Below are positions 10,445 to 21,811 of a stretch of DNA of 64,000 nt, one piece after another; positions within the stretch are counted from its first letter, which is position 1; each line of letters opens with the position of its first letter. The position numbers were made by a program, and so were the translations under genes. The notes below the pieces were generated by a model that did no database searches, was not told the DNA's origin, and saw nothing but the letters and a program-made list of their open reading frames with translations. Source of the DNA: Rebecca billardiae RCC1528 (lineage: Eukaryota > Protista > Haptophyta); assembly GCA_965240325.2 (NCBI GenBank), contig OZ251223.1:4464001-4528000 (forward strand), read 5' to 3'.

Positions 10445-12285
10445 GGAGCGCGATCCACCTGCGCTGCGCGGCTCGCATGGACCTGCTGTGCCCCGAGCGA
10501 GGGCGAGGGTGCAGGTCCGGATGTCAGACGGCCGTCTCAGCCGCTGGGCCCTGGCGGGTGATCCGGCGGTGATGTAGTCGTCCCCGTGTGCCCTGCGCGG
10601 CCGCGTGCGCGCTTGCCGCTCTGCTCAGCTGGCTTGCTGGCGGCGGCTGGCGCTGCTGCGGCGTGCAGGGTACGCTTTGCCCCCGACTGCTGCGCATCCT
10701 CGTCGTCCGAGTCGTCGTCCATGGACGAGTCTCGGTCCGCGTGGGGGACAGCAACTGGGCGCAGGAATTTCGGGTGGGGATTTTCTTTTCCGAATATGTT
10801 GGTGATGCCGTCAGAGCACCACCAACCTCTGCCGCTGGCGGCTGCGCTGACAGCGCGCTGGGCGGCGCTGGAGGGGCGAGATGGGCGCCGACTGCGCGCC
10901 CTCCTGCGGTAGTTGCGTGCCCGCGAAGGCGGTGCGCGTGGTTGAGCGCGGCTGAAGAGCAGCCATTTGCGTCGTTCTACCGCTCGCCGTTCGGAATCAC
11001 TGCATCCGCCGCGCCTCAGGCCATCGCGTGCGCCGCACCAACAAGGAAGTTGTGTGCATTCCTCGGCTGACTGCACGCGTGCCGCGAGCAGCGGCGTCGG
11101 CGTCCGGCACTTGGTTGCACCGGGCAATGTCCAGGTAGTTTATGCACGCGGCATCGCTCGTCACAGTACGCTGCCTGGCATACGCATCTGCACGGGTCAC
11201 ACAGCCGTCAAAAGGCATGATCGAGCATCACGCAGCGGTTGGCATCGACCTACGGCGAGGGTCATGTGAGCATGCAAAGCACGGACATGCGCCCTTCTGG
11301 ATAGTGATGTAGTGAGCATATTCCCGCGTGAAAGGAGCGCGCGCCATTCAGGCACCGGAAGCGGCGTCGGGGCTGGATGCTCACGTCTTAGGCAGGCTGA
11401 TGCTGCCTTCCGGCTGCACGGGTGCGTCTATCAAGGCTGACCGTGTGTGCACGATGCGCACCGTCAAGTTCGACACGAACGTCCAGACGTGAGCTACTGC
11501 TTGACAAGGTAGTATACACACATTCATACACGCGCCGTGTCATCCGAGGAGGCACATACACGCAGGCCATCATGGGCCTCGTTCAGGTATATTCTGCATC
11601 AGCACGCATGCATGCACGTACTAGCTCGGGCCAAGATTGACGTCGGAGCACGAGTCAGGGAGTTCAATGCCGGGGCAGAGCTGGACAGCGGTCACGTGTG
11701 TGGCCACTCCGCGCGAGCGCACATGCTCCGCGTCACCGCATATCAGCATGGCGTGCGCTGCAACGTCATCGTCGGGCCAGAGCGCTTGTTCGACCAATCG
11801 GCTCGTATGAATGATGCAATCAGCACACCTGAACGCAGCTGTTCGGACCCGCGCTCATGCGCGGCGGCGCAAGGTAGCGCAGTGCGTACAGCGTAGGCCT
11901 CGCCGCGCGGAAGCGCATGCTCCGTGTGTGTCTCGCCTCGCATGGCGCACGCGGGCGAGGCTGGCCGTGTGGCGGTGTGCACAGACAAGTGCTGGCCCGA
12001 GGCAAGTACAGCCGAATGCGATGCGCGGCGCGAAGCGGCGAATGGCACTTCAGCACGACTGCCCAGCCTAGCTCGCCGGCTCTGCGCTCGCGGGATCGTC
12101 CACACGCACGGGAGCGCGGCGCCGTCGCCCGCTCGCCCGAGACGCGCGCGTCCGCCGCGCAGCGCGCGGCTGAATAAATGCAAGGCGGAAATAAAAAGCG
12201 CGCCGATTTTCTGATTTCTCCGACCCTGGGTGCCGTGTCCCCAGTGGGGTACAGCGGTCCTTGCTCCTCGGTAGTCCCGAAAGTC

Positions 12286-13251
12286 ATGGCGGCGGCGGCG
12301 CCCGACGATGTGCGCGTCAGCGTGGGCGGCGGCGGCGGCGAGAGGCGCGCGGCCGACCTGATCCTGGCGGTCGCGGGCAACGACCGCTGCGCCGACTGCC
12401 AGTCCACGCGCGAGCCCGTCTGGGCGTCGAGCAACCTCGGCGTCGTCTTCTGCATCGCGTGCTCGGGCGTGCACCGCTCGCTGGGCGCGCACCTCTCGGC
12501 CGTGCTCTCGCTCTACCTGGACGACTGGACGGAGGAGCAGGTGGCGCGCATGCGCGCGCTGGGCAACGCGCGCGTGAACGAGGAGCTCGAGGCGCGGCTG
12601 CCCGACGGCGTGCGCAAGCCCGCCGAGGCCGCCGAGCCGCACGAGCGCGAGGCGTTCATCCGCGCCAAGTACGAGCTGCGCTCCTTCACGCGCACGGGCA
12701 GCGGCAGGGTGCCGCTGATCTCGCGCGCGTCGGACTCGACGGCGGGGATGCTCGAGGCGATCGGCGTGCTCTTCGTCCGCGTGATCTCCGCCGCCAACCT
12801 CGTCTCGATGGACGCCGTCTCGCAGTCAGACCCGTACGTCGTGCTGTCGCTCGGCGGGCAGAGCATGCGCACGCGCGTCGTGCACAACGACAACGCGCCC
12901 ACGTGGGAGGAGACGGTGAGCCTCAACGTGCCCGACGCGCGCGGCGCGGCGGAGGCGCACGAGCTGCGCCTCGCCGTGTGGGACCACGACTCACTCGGCG
13001 AGGACAAGCTCATCGGCCGCGCGAGCGTGAGCGTGCGCGACGCGGTGCGCGCGCCCGGCGTGCCGACCGCGGTGGGCGCGAGCCTCGAGCTCTCGGCAGA
13101 GGCGGCGCGGCTCGCGCAGCGCGGCGGCAACTTCGCCGCGCGGTACCTGGCCTGCCTGCTGCCGAGCAAGGGGCGGCACAGCAGGGGCGCGCCGAGCACG
13201 ATCGCGCTCGAGCTCAACTTCTCCTCGCTCAGCGCGCCCAGCAAACGATAA
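12286..13251 (+). CDS. ArfGAP zinc finger + C2 domain protein (plant AGD11-13/ZAC-like architecture)
   Basis: 'NDRCADC...PVWASSNLGVVFCIACSGVHRSLGAHLSAVLSLYLDDW', 'EAFIRAKYE'; C2 domain 'LFVRVISAANLVSMD..SQSDPYVVL...NAPTWEE...VWDHDSLGEDKLIG'. Confidence 0.93.
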   Translation: MAAAAPDDVRVSVGGGGGERRAADLILAVAGNDRCADCQSTREPVWASSNLGVVFCIACSGVHRSLGAHLSAVLSLYLDDWTEEQVARMRALGNARVNEELEARLPDGVRKPAEAAEPHEREAFIRAKYELRSFTRTGSGRVPLISRASDSTAGMLEAIGVLFVRVISAANLVSMDAVSQSDPYVVLSLGGQSMRTRVVHNDNAPTWEETVSLNVPDARGAAEAHELRLAVWDHDSLGEDKLIGRASVSVRDAVRAPGVPTAVGASLELSAEAARLAQRGGNFAARYLACLLPSKGRHSRGAPSTIALELNFSSLSAPSKR

Positions 13252-14020
13252 GCCATGACGGCGTCGTGGCCGACCGGCCCGACCGCTGCTGCCTAGTGCC
13301 TGCGGCTGCTGGCTGCTGGCTGCTTCGCCCGCTGCGAGTGCGGCGCCTGCGGCTGAGCCGTCAATCACGTCACAGTGATGCCACTTATTTAGCCCCCCTG
13401 GACACGGTAGACGTGTTTCAAGTATTAGTATATATATACGGCTGCTCAGCAACTCTTCGCAGCACCGGCGGGCTGGTGACATGACAAGCAGCGCTGCGCT
13501 GTGCCGTGTGCGCGCGCGTCTCGGACACGTGAGTACTGAGTCACGCTGCCACTGTTCACGCCGGACCGCATTTCAGGAAGTCCGATGCAAAGACACCACA
13601 GGCTGCGCAGGAGCGCGACCATCGCGCAGCCGCAGCGACGTTGGTGGATGAGCGGCGCAACACCGACTCGGCACTCAGACAGCGCTGAGCCGCGGGGCGC
13701 CGCGCAGCGGCGGACACCGGCAAGAAGTGCCACGCAGCGCCACCAAAGGCAAAGTGCCAGCCGATGCGATCCGCGAGTCGGCTCTCGCGGTGCGTCGCCG
13801 TCGTCCGTGCTCGGCTGCTGTCGGGCTTCGGGCTCAGCCGGCGCACTGCAGCGCGCGGCAGCACTGCGAGTGGCTGCCGCGGCTGCACACCAGCCTGCGC
13901 CCGCGTGCGGTCGCGCGGCCCCGCTCCCCGCCCGACGCCACGGCGCGCTCTGCCAGCCCGCACCCGCTCGGCAGCGGCGGCCGCTCGCTCGCCTCCGGCC
14001 GTAGCGTGCGCGCACTGCGC

Positions 14021-14509
14021 TCAGAACTGGGACTCGCCCTTCTGGTACTCCCAGATGGCGATGTCAGCCATGCCCGGCACGAGCTCCTTAATGCTCCCCT
14101 GGAAGTCGTTGTACCCTGCGCGGCGCGCGGGTCCGACGCGGCGGTGGCGGCTCAGCGCAGCGCGCGGGGGCGCGGGGACTGCGCCACGCGCGCGCCGTGC
14201 CGCACCGTGCGAGCAGCAGTAGCCAATCTTGGCGTGCAGCGTGCCCTTGATGGCGAGCGAATTCTGCACCGGGATGCAGTACTGTAAGCAGTTGCCAGCT
14301 GCGGCAGCATCGGCCGCCCCGCCGCCGCCCGAGTCGCTGGGCGCAGGCTCGTCGTGGCCGTGGCGCCCGCGGCGCGCGCCGAGCGCGTTGGCCTTTGGCG
14401 CGGTGAAGCCGTACGCGGGGATGTTGTCCGTGCCGATCCCCGAGCACTGATACAGCGACTGCTGGCACGACACCGCGCCGAGCGAGTCCGTCGACTGCGT
14501 CGGGCCCAT
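14021..14509 (-). CDS. Small Cys-rich hypothetical protein; one in-frame intron 14116-14205
   Basis: ATG at 14509 (MGPTQSTDSLGAVSCQQSLYQC...CLQYCIP...GYCCSH|GYNDFQG...ESQF*); GTGCG donor, CTGAG branch site and CAG acceptor; genic codon usage. Confidence 0.6.
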   Translation of the reverse strand: MGPTQSTDSLGAVSCQQSLYQCSGIGTDNIPAYGFTAPKANALGARRGRHGHDEPAPSDSGGGGAADAAAAGNCLQYCIPVQNSLAIKGTLHAKIGYCCSHGAARRARGAVPAPPRAALSRHRRVGPARRAGYNDFQGSIKELVPGMADIAIWEYQKGESQF

Positions 14510-15231
14510 GGCGACTCGGTGAGCGGCGGCGCCGGCGAGTTCGCAGTCTCGCCGCAAAGCACGACTGGGAATTCTGAGATTTTGGGCTTTTTCGCCGCAA
14601 ATTACCGCCGCGTTTCCACGCGCACGATGGCTGCCGCGAGACGAGTTTTCAGTTTTGCGTGTGTTTATTGCCGCTAATTCGTCACGACATTTTCCCTTTT
14701 CGTTTTTTGTGGATTTTTCGAGGCAGGAGAGGAAGGTCACTCCGCCCCCGCAGTCGTGCGCGGCACGGCGCCGCCGTCGGCGGGCCGATGGCGGCGGACA
14801 CTGGGCCGTGACGACAGGTGAGGCGGTGGATGGACGGCGCGGGTCGTCCAGGGTGGTGGGAGCGCGAGAGCCAGTGCGCGTGTATCTTTTTTTGGTGAGG
14901 CGCGCGCGGCCTTGCCCGGCGCGGCGTGCGAGCGGCGTCAGCCGCACCGCCGCACGGCGCTGTGGGTGCATGGCGCACTGCAAGCCACGAGGTCGGGGCT
15001 GGATGGGAGTGGCTCTCGCCTCGCGCCGCGCACGCGCGCCCGATGCGCGCCATCGGGCGCGTGCGCGGCGCCCGCGCGGCCCGGCCGGCCGCGGCTGCCC
15101 CGGCCCGCGCCGCTGCGCCCGCCCGCCCGCCCGCCAGCGCTGCAGGCGCCGGGGGCGGGCGCGGGCGCGCGGCGCGGGGCGGCAGCGGCGGCGGCGGCGG
15201 CTGGGCCGTCGGCCTTCGTCCGGCAGCGGGG

Positions 15232-16198
15232 CTAGTTGACGAAGGCGATCTGGTGGATTGCGTGGAACCCCCCGAGCGCGGCCGCCGCGTGGAAGTGCTG
15301 CGACTGCGAGTGGTCCAGCACCGGCGCCGTCACGTCCCCGGGCGAGTCCGCGCCGGGCAGCGCCGCCGCGCCCGAGGGCGGGATGGCCACGGCCATGGGC
15401 ACGGCCATGGGCGTGGGCCCCTTCCACCGGATCTGCTCGTAGAGCGAGGCGCGGTAGCGCTCGTACTGCTCGGGGGAGACGTAGAGCGAGAAGGAGATCA
15501 TGCGGAGCAGCTCGATCTCCAGGTTGTTCACCTCCGCGTTCGAGATGCCCCCCACGCGCGCGTAGTACGCGTTGTTGTAGTAGAGGTCGTCGAAGAACTT
15601 GGAGGCGAGCATCACGCTGCGCGCGCACACACGCGCACACACGCACACACACGCACACGCACACGCGCACGGAGGGGGAGGTGAGCGAGGGGGCGGTGGG
15701 GCGGTGCTGCACGCGCTCTCGCGGCAGCGGGCAGCACGTCCACCCCATCACGCAGGAGGCATCGCGGCGGCCGGCACGCCGCGACCCCCACGGCCCCGCC
15801 CCGGTGCGCCCACGCCCGCCCGCCCGCCCGCCCGCCCGCACAAACGCACGCACGCACGCCCGCGCACGCTCGCACCAGGTGATGAGCAGGCGGTGGATGT
15901 TGAGCGAGGTGATGACGAACTCGGGGTTGTACTGCACGACGAGGTCCATGTAGATGAGCGCCAGGATCACCGTCTCCTCCGAGAGGCACGCGTACTTGAG
16001 GATCCGGTCGACGAGGTAGTTGCTGACGCTGATCGCCGGCGGCTTGGACGAGTGGAAGGCCGTCACGTGGGCGGGAGAGACAGGCAGCTGATCGTTTCGG
16101 TGCACGAGGTCCGTGAGGAGCTGCGCAATGACGTGGACGATGCCCTGCGGGCAGCACGGCTGGCTAGCGGACGACGTCGCCTGCGTAGCCGCACCCAT
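15232..16198 (-). CDS. PHO80/PREG-like (U/P-type) cyclin; intron 15617-15875
   Basis: 'FHSSKPPAISVSNYL..ILKYACLSEETVILALIYMD...NIHRLLIT|CVMLASKFFDDLYYNNAYYARVGGISNAEVNNLEIELL' is the cyclin-U signature. Confidence 0.93.
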
Positions 16199-16799
16199 GC
16201 TCTAGTTCTGCGCGGCAGCGCGCGAGCGCCGCGGCCGCGGCACGTCGGCTCCCGCGCACCGCGCGCGCGCCGCGCCGCTTCCCCGGGGCGGCGTGCAGCG
16301 TGCTGGCGGAGGGGGCCGCGGCCATGCTGCGCGGCACACCCCGCCCGGCCCCACGCCCCGCCGTGCACCACGCGCACGCCGCCCCCTCCTCGCGCGGCCC
16401 GCAGGCGCCGCGGGCCTCGCTTACCGTACTCGTCACCGGCGTCCCGTCCGTGTGTCCCAAAATGATCAACCGCCTGCGCTTACTCCCGCGCCTTACGCTC
16501 GTCGTCCGTCAGCTCCAGATCGTACAGCAACTCCTCGTCGTTCGCCGCTTCGTTCCTTCCCGCCTCGTGGATGGGCGGAGGCAGAGGCGGGAGGGCCCGC
16601 TGGGTGTGTGTTGGGGGGAGGTGGCAAGGAGCCTGCACTGGAGGATCGAGTGGCACGGGCAGCCGCCTGCCTCGGCGCTGGTCGACGCGCCCCAACAACG
16701 GGCCAGCCCGACGAAGCGCAGTGGCGCTTGGAGTCCGGGCGCGCGCGGGACCGGGGCACGTTCCAGACAGAGCGGCAAAGCCCGCCTGCGCCATCCGGC

Positions 16800-17074
16800 C
16801 GCGCGCTGATTGGCCCACTGATCTGCTCCCCGAATAGTACCCAGGCGACGTCGCTTACGAACCATTTGGGTCCAGACGTCGCGCGCCCAATCACAGGCGA
16901 TCTGGCAGCCGAATCCGGCGGGGTGGTCGGGGTGGAAACTTGGAACGCCGCCGCGTGATCAACTGATCATCAGACGACTCTCCGCCTTCCGCGCGAGGGC
17001 CCAGGACGATGGCTGCCGCCACGTGCCGCTCGTGACTTGTGAGCCACCTTGGGCACCACCGCAGCGCGAGCGCG
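16800..17074. promoter_or_regulatory. Probable bidirectional promoter between the cyclin and NOM1 genes, with opposed CCAAT boxes
   Basis: Divergent genes; GATTGG near 16808 and CCAATCA near 16887. Confidence 0.35.
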
Positions 17075-17924
17075 ATGCCGCCGGGCGCGCGGGGTGGCGC
17101 GGCTGGCACGGCGCCCACGTCGCGCAAGGCTCTGCGCAAGGCCGCACGCCTCGAGAAGAAGAGCCGCCGCGCCGCGCACGCGGCCGGCGCCGCGGCGGTT
17201 TCGCGGCCGGCCGCCACGCCGCCGCCCGCCGCGCCGCCGCTCGCCGCGGCCGGGCGCCGCGGCGCGCCCGCCGCCGCCGCCGCGCGCGGCGGCGCGCCCG
17301 ACCACGCCGCCGCCGCGCCGCCGCGCAAGCGCGCGCGCGCCGCCGCCTCGCCCTTCCACCAGCTGATTGCGCAGCAGGGGCTGGCGCGCGGCGCGGCCGC
17401 CGCCGCGCCGCCGCCCGCGCGCGAGGCGATCGACGAGGAGATCGAGCGGCTCGAGCGCAAGCTGGGGATGAAGCGTGGCGCGCCGGCGGGCGGCGACGCG
17501 CCCGCGCCGGGCAAGGACGCCGCCCGGGCGCGCGCGCGCGCACAGCGCGAGTTTGCAGCCGACGGGCTCGACTACGCCCTCGGCACCGGCGCACCCCTCG
17601 GCACTGGCGCACCCCTCGGCACCGGCGCACCCCTCGGCGCACCCCTCGGCCCACCGCCCGGCACCGGCGGCGGTGCGGGCGGGGCAGGCGGTGGGGCGAA
17701 GGGGGCGAAGCGCGCGGGGGCGCGCGGTGCTGCCGGCTCGGGCGCGGGCCCCGGCCCAGAGTCGGAGTCGGGGTCGGGGTCGGAGTCGGAGGAGGGGCTG
17801 CCCGCACACGGCGGCAGTGGCAGCAGCAGCAGTGGCAGCAGCAGTGCAGGCGAGGACGAGGAGGACGAGGGGGAGGAGGAGGTGGGAGGCGCGCTCGACG
17901 CGCTCGAGGCGGGCGGCAGCGGCA

Positions 17925-17976
<52 letters not shown>

Positions 17977-20005
17977 CAGCGGTGACGGCAGCGGCAGCGG
18001 CAGCGAGGCGGGGCGCGAGGCGCGCCCGGCCGCGCCGCCCCGCCGGCGCGCGGCGGAGGCCGACGCCGCGCCCGCCGCCCCTCCGGCGGGCGCGTACGTG
18101 CCCCCCGCGCTGCGCGGCCGCGCGCCCGCCGCCCCCGAGAGCGCGCACGCCCTCGGGCTGCGCCGGCTGTGCACGTCTGCGCTCAACCGGCTCTCCGAGC
18201 AGAGCGCCGGGCCGCTGGGTGCGCAGCTGGCGGCGCAGCTGGGCCGGGGCAGCCAGCGCGAGGGGGCGAAGGCGCTGGGCGACGCGCTCTTCGCCGCGTG
18301 CCTCTCCGAGACGCTGGTGCTCGGCCCGCTCGCCCTCTCCGCCGCCGGGCTGCTCGCCGCCGTGCACTGGCGCACGGGCGGCGCGCTGTGCGCGCACGTG
18401 CTCGAGGCGCTGGTGTGCGAGCTGCACGCGCGGCTGCACGGGGAGCGGGCGGCGCCGCCCGCGCGGGGCGCGGGGCCGCACGGCAAGGGGCTGGTGAACG
18501 GCTGCCTGCTGCTCGCGCAGCTGTACGCGCTCAAGGTGGTGGGGCCCGCGCTGCTGTACGACTGCGTGCGCGGCCTGCTCGCGCGGCTGCACGCGCCGGG
18601 CGCGGCCGAGGCGCTGCTGTGCACGCTGCGCACGGCGGGGCAGCAGCTGCGCTCGGACGACCCGGCCGCGCTCAAGGAGATCTTGCTCGCGGCGAAGGAG
18701 CGCGTCGGCGGCGCGGCGCAGCCCGGCGGCGCGGGCGCGGGCGGCGCCGACGCGGCGCTGGCGGAGGGCCGCACGCGCGAGCTGGTGCGCACGCTGCTCG
18801 AGCTCAAGAACAACAAGGGCCCGAACAAGGGCGGCGGCGCGCTGGCGGAGGGCGCGGAGCGGCTGCGCACGCAGCTGCTGCGCGACGCGCACGCGGCGAG
18901 GGCGGGCGGCGGCGGCAAGCGCGCGCGCGCGCGCGCGGCCGCGGAGAGCGGCGCTGCGCTCGCCGAGGCCGCGCAGCTGCGCGCGCGCTGGGACGACTAT
19001 GTGCACGCGGAGCAGCGGGGGCGCTGGTGGCTGGTGGGCAGCGCGTGGGCGGGGCCGCAGGCCGCGCACGCCGCCGCCGCCGCCGGCGGGCCGGCCGGCG
19101 CCGAGGGCGCCGAGGGCGGCGGCGGCGCCGAGCCGCGCGGCGCGGCGCTGCGCGGCGCCGAGCTCAGGTCTGCGGCCGAGGCCGGTGATGAGGCGGCCCT
19201 CGCCCTGCTCGCGCGGCGGCAGCGGATGAACACGGAGGTGCGGCGCTCCGTGTTCGTGGCGCTGATGGGCGCGTCCGACCACGTCGACGCCTTCGAGCGC
19301 TGCGCCCGCCTCAAGCTGGGCCGCGCGCAGGGCCGCGAGGTCGCGCGCGTGCTGCTCGAGTGCTGCGCGGCCGAGCGCGCGTACAACCCCTTCTACGCGG
19401 CGCTGGGGCGGCGGCTGTGCGCGGCCTCGGCCGACCACGGGTACACGCTGACGTACGCGCTGTGGGACGCGGCGAAAGAGGCGGAGGGCGCGCCGCCGCG
19501 CCGCTGCGCCAACGTGGGCGCGCTGTGGGGCCAGCTGCTGGGGTGTTGCGCGCTGCCCCTGCTCGCCCTGCGCGGAGTGCCGTGGGAGGAGGCCCACGCG
19601 CGGCCGCGGCTGCTGCTGCTGCTGCAGTGCGCGCTCGCCGCGCTGTGCGAGGCCGCCGACGCGGCCGCGCTCGCGCTCGCCTTTGAGCGGCTGCGCCGCG
19701 CGCCCGCGCCCGCGCGCGGCGCCGTGCTCGAGGGGCTGCTCCGGCTGTGCGGCCGCGGGCTGCACAGCGCGCTCGAGCGGCGCGCGGCGGCGCTCGCGCC
19801 GCGCGAGGCGGAGGCGCTGCGCGCGCGCGCGGCCGAGCTGCGCGCGCGCGCGCAGGCCGAGCTCGACGCGCTCGGCGAGGAGGAGCGCGGCACCCAGCCC
19901 CAGCGCGCGCTCGGCGCGCGCAGCGGCGCGCCGCACCCTGCGGCTGACGCCGACGCCGCGCCGCCCGGCGGCGCCAAGGCGAAGAAGCGGCGGCGCACCG
20001 GCTGA
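17075..20005 (+). CDS. NOM1: Nucleolar MIF4G + MA3 domain protein NOM1/Sgd1
   Basis: 'EEIERLERKLG', acidic tract, 'YVPPALR', 'LNRLSE', 'ELKNNK', 'RGRWWLVGSAW', 'LARRQRMNTEVRRSVFVALMGASDHVDAFER', 'ERAYNPFYA'. Confidence 0.93.
17926..17973 (+). repeat. (GAC)n microsatellite encoding poly-Asp within NOM1; an 18-bp LGTGAP repeat also lies at ~17578-17650
   Basis: Read directly from the sequence. Confidence 0.9.
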
Positions 20006-20350
20006 GCGGGCGCGAGCGCCGGGGCGGCGGCGCCGAGGGCTCGCGCCGCCGGATGCCAGCCGCGCCGCCAGTGCCAGGCCGTCATCTTAGCGTCAGTCCG
20101 AGGGCCCGTTTCGAGCGCCTCGCCAGGGCCGGCAGCCCAGCGTCGGGCCGCCATGCCTCGGCTGAGACTGGATAGTGCTGACTGCTGATCAAGACCACCG
20201 TTGCTGGGCGGTGAAGCCGGCCGCCGACGAAAGCCGCCATCAAAGTTGCGTCGCACACACGAGTCACGACGCCACGCTGGCGGCTGGCTGGCCGCGCGCA
20301 GCCGTCACAGACACCAGCCAGCCAGCCGCGGCTGCCGCGCAATCAGCACG

Positions 20351-21212
20351 ATGCTCGCGCTGACGGCCGTCGCGCTCCTCGGCGGGTGCGCGGCGCGGGC
20401 GGAGCGCGCGACGCGCGCGGGCGCGCTGGCGCGAGCCCTCCGCCCGGCCCACCCACCCCCTCGCGCCCTTGCGCCCTCCCCTCCTGCCCCTTTGCAGCCT
20501 CGGCCCGCTGCAGGGCAAGCTCGCGCTCTCGCTGCGCGACCAGTCCTCGCTCTCCTCGCCGGGCAACGAGGCGACGCTCGAGCTGCGCCGCGGGTTCAGC
20601 TTCGGCAGCGACAAGCTGAGCGCGCTGCTGATCAAGTACACGCCCAAGTTCGACCGCGACGCGCGCGACAAGGTCGAGGTCACCGCCTCCGCCGCGATGC
20701 GCACGGCAGACGACGTGGTGCTCTCGGCAGAGGCGACCGTCAAGACGCCGGACAGCCGGTTCGAGGCGAAGGGCGCGGTGAAGACGCGCGGGTACACGCT
20801 GTCGGTCGAGCACGACTCGGCCGACTCTTCGGCGCTCAGCCTCGTCGAGGCCTCCAAGGGCCTCACGCTCGCGGGCAAGCCGTGCCGGCTGAACGCGGGC
20901 GTGAGGCTGGCGGGCGAGCCGGTCGTGCTCGCCAAGCTGCAGGTGGCGCTGGACGACGACCTGAAGGTGACGCCGATCGTGTCGTGCCGCCCGTCGGACA
21001 TGAAGTACGCGCTGGTCAAGCTCGAGGCGAACGGCGTGGCCAAGGGCGGCAACCTCGGCTGGAAGGCCGACCTCGTGCCCGCGCGCGCCGAGGCCTCGCT
21101 CGAGCTCAAGGAGGCGGTCGAGCACGGCGTGTGGGTGGTCAAGGCGACCGTGCCGACCGACGGCTCGGTGGGCGCGACCAGCCTCGCGCTCAGGCGCGAG
21201 ATCATCTGGTGA
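20351..21212 (+). CDS. Signal-peptide-bearing, beta-strand-rich protein (candidate beta-barrel/pore); intron 20386-20497
   Basis: Spliced start MLALTAVALLGG|LGPLQGKLALSL; alternating hydrophobic strands (KVEVTASA, VLSAEATV, YTLSVEH, LGWKADL, WVVKATV); terminal aromatic residue (...RREIIW*). Confidence 0.7.
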
Positions 21213-21811
21213 GGACGCGCGGCGCCGCGCGGCGAGGGGCGCGCGGCCGGCGGGCCACGCCGCGCGGGCGCACGCCGCCGCCACGAGCGCTGCCGCGGTG
21301 CCGCCGCGTGGGGCCGTGGGAGCACTGGCGCCACTCTGCTCTGAAGTCTGAGAGCCCGCGGAGAAGGGAGCCTGGTTACCGGATGCCGATGCCATGCGCC
21401 CGTAGTCTAAGCGGAATGGACGGGCGCCGCCCGGCAGAAGTGGCCGCGCGGCGACGCGGCGGGCGTGCCCCGGGGCCCTGAGGCCTGAGCCGATCTTGCT
21501 GTCGTCGGGGCGGTGCACGCGTCTGTCCTGTTAGCAGAGGGGAGACTATGAGTATGGCGATCGAATCGTCGCGGCACGGCGAGAGGCGGGCGGCCCTTGA
21601 AAGACGCGACCGGTCATCGCTCCCGGTGAAAGTTCAGCACCGGACCCTTTTTTGAACTGGCTGCATCGGCAACTCGGCATGCGCATTGCGCCGCGAAGAC
21701 GGTTGGCCTCGACCCAGTAGCGAAAAGGCGAGTCGACGACGACGGGCGACCAACGTTCGCCCACTTCAACTTGCCCCGCGCACGCCGCCCCGCCGACGAG
21801 ACGAAGAGACG

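Noticed and set aside
10450-11900. Possible retroelement RNase H-like remnant ('VTSDAACINYLDI') and other broken frames
   Set aside because: Similarity too short and frames interrupted; insufficient without a profile search.
14021-16198. Single 725-aa ORF joining the cyclin to the downstream small gene
   Set aside because: Artefact of reading through the cyclin intron; the spliced cyclin stops at 15232.
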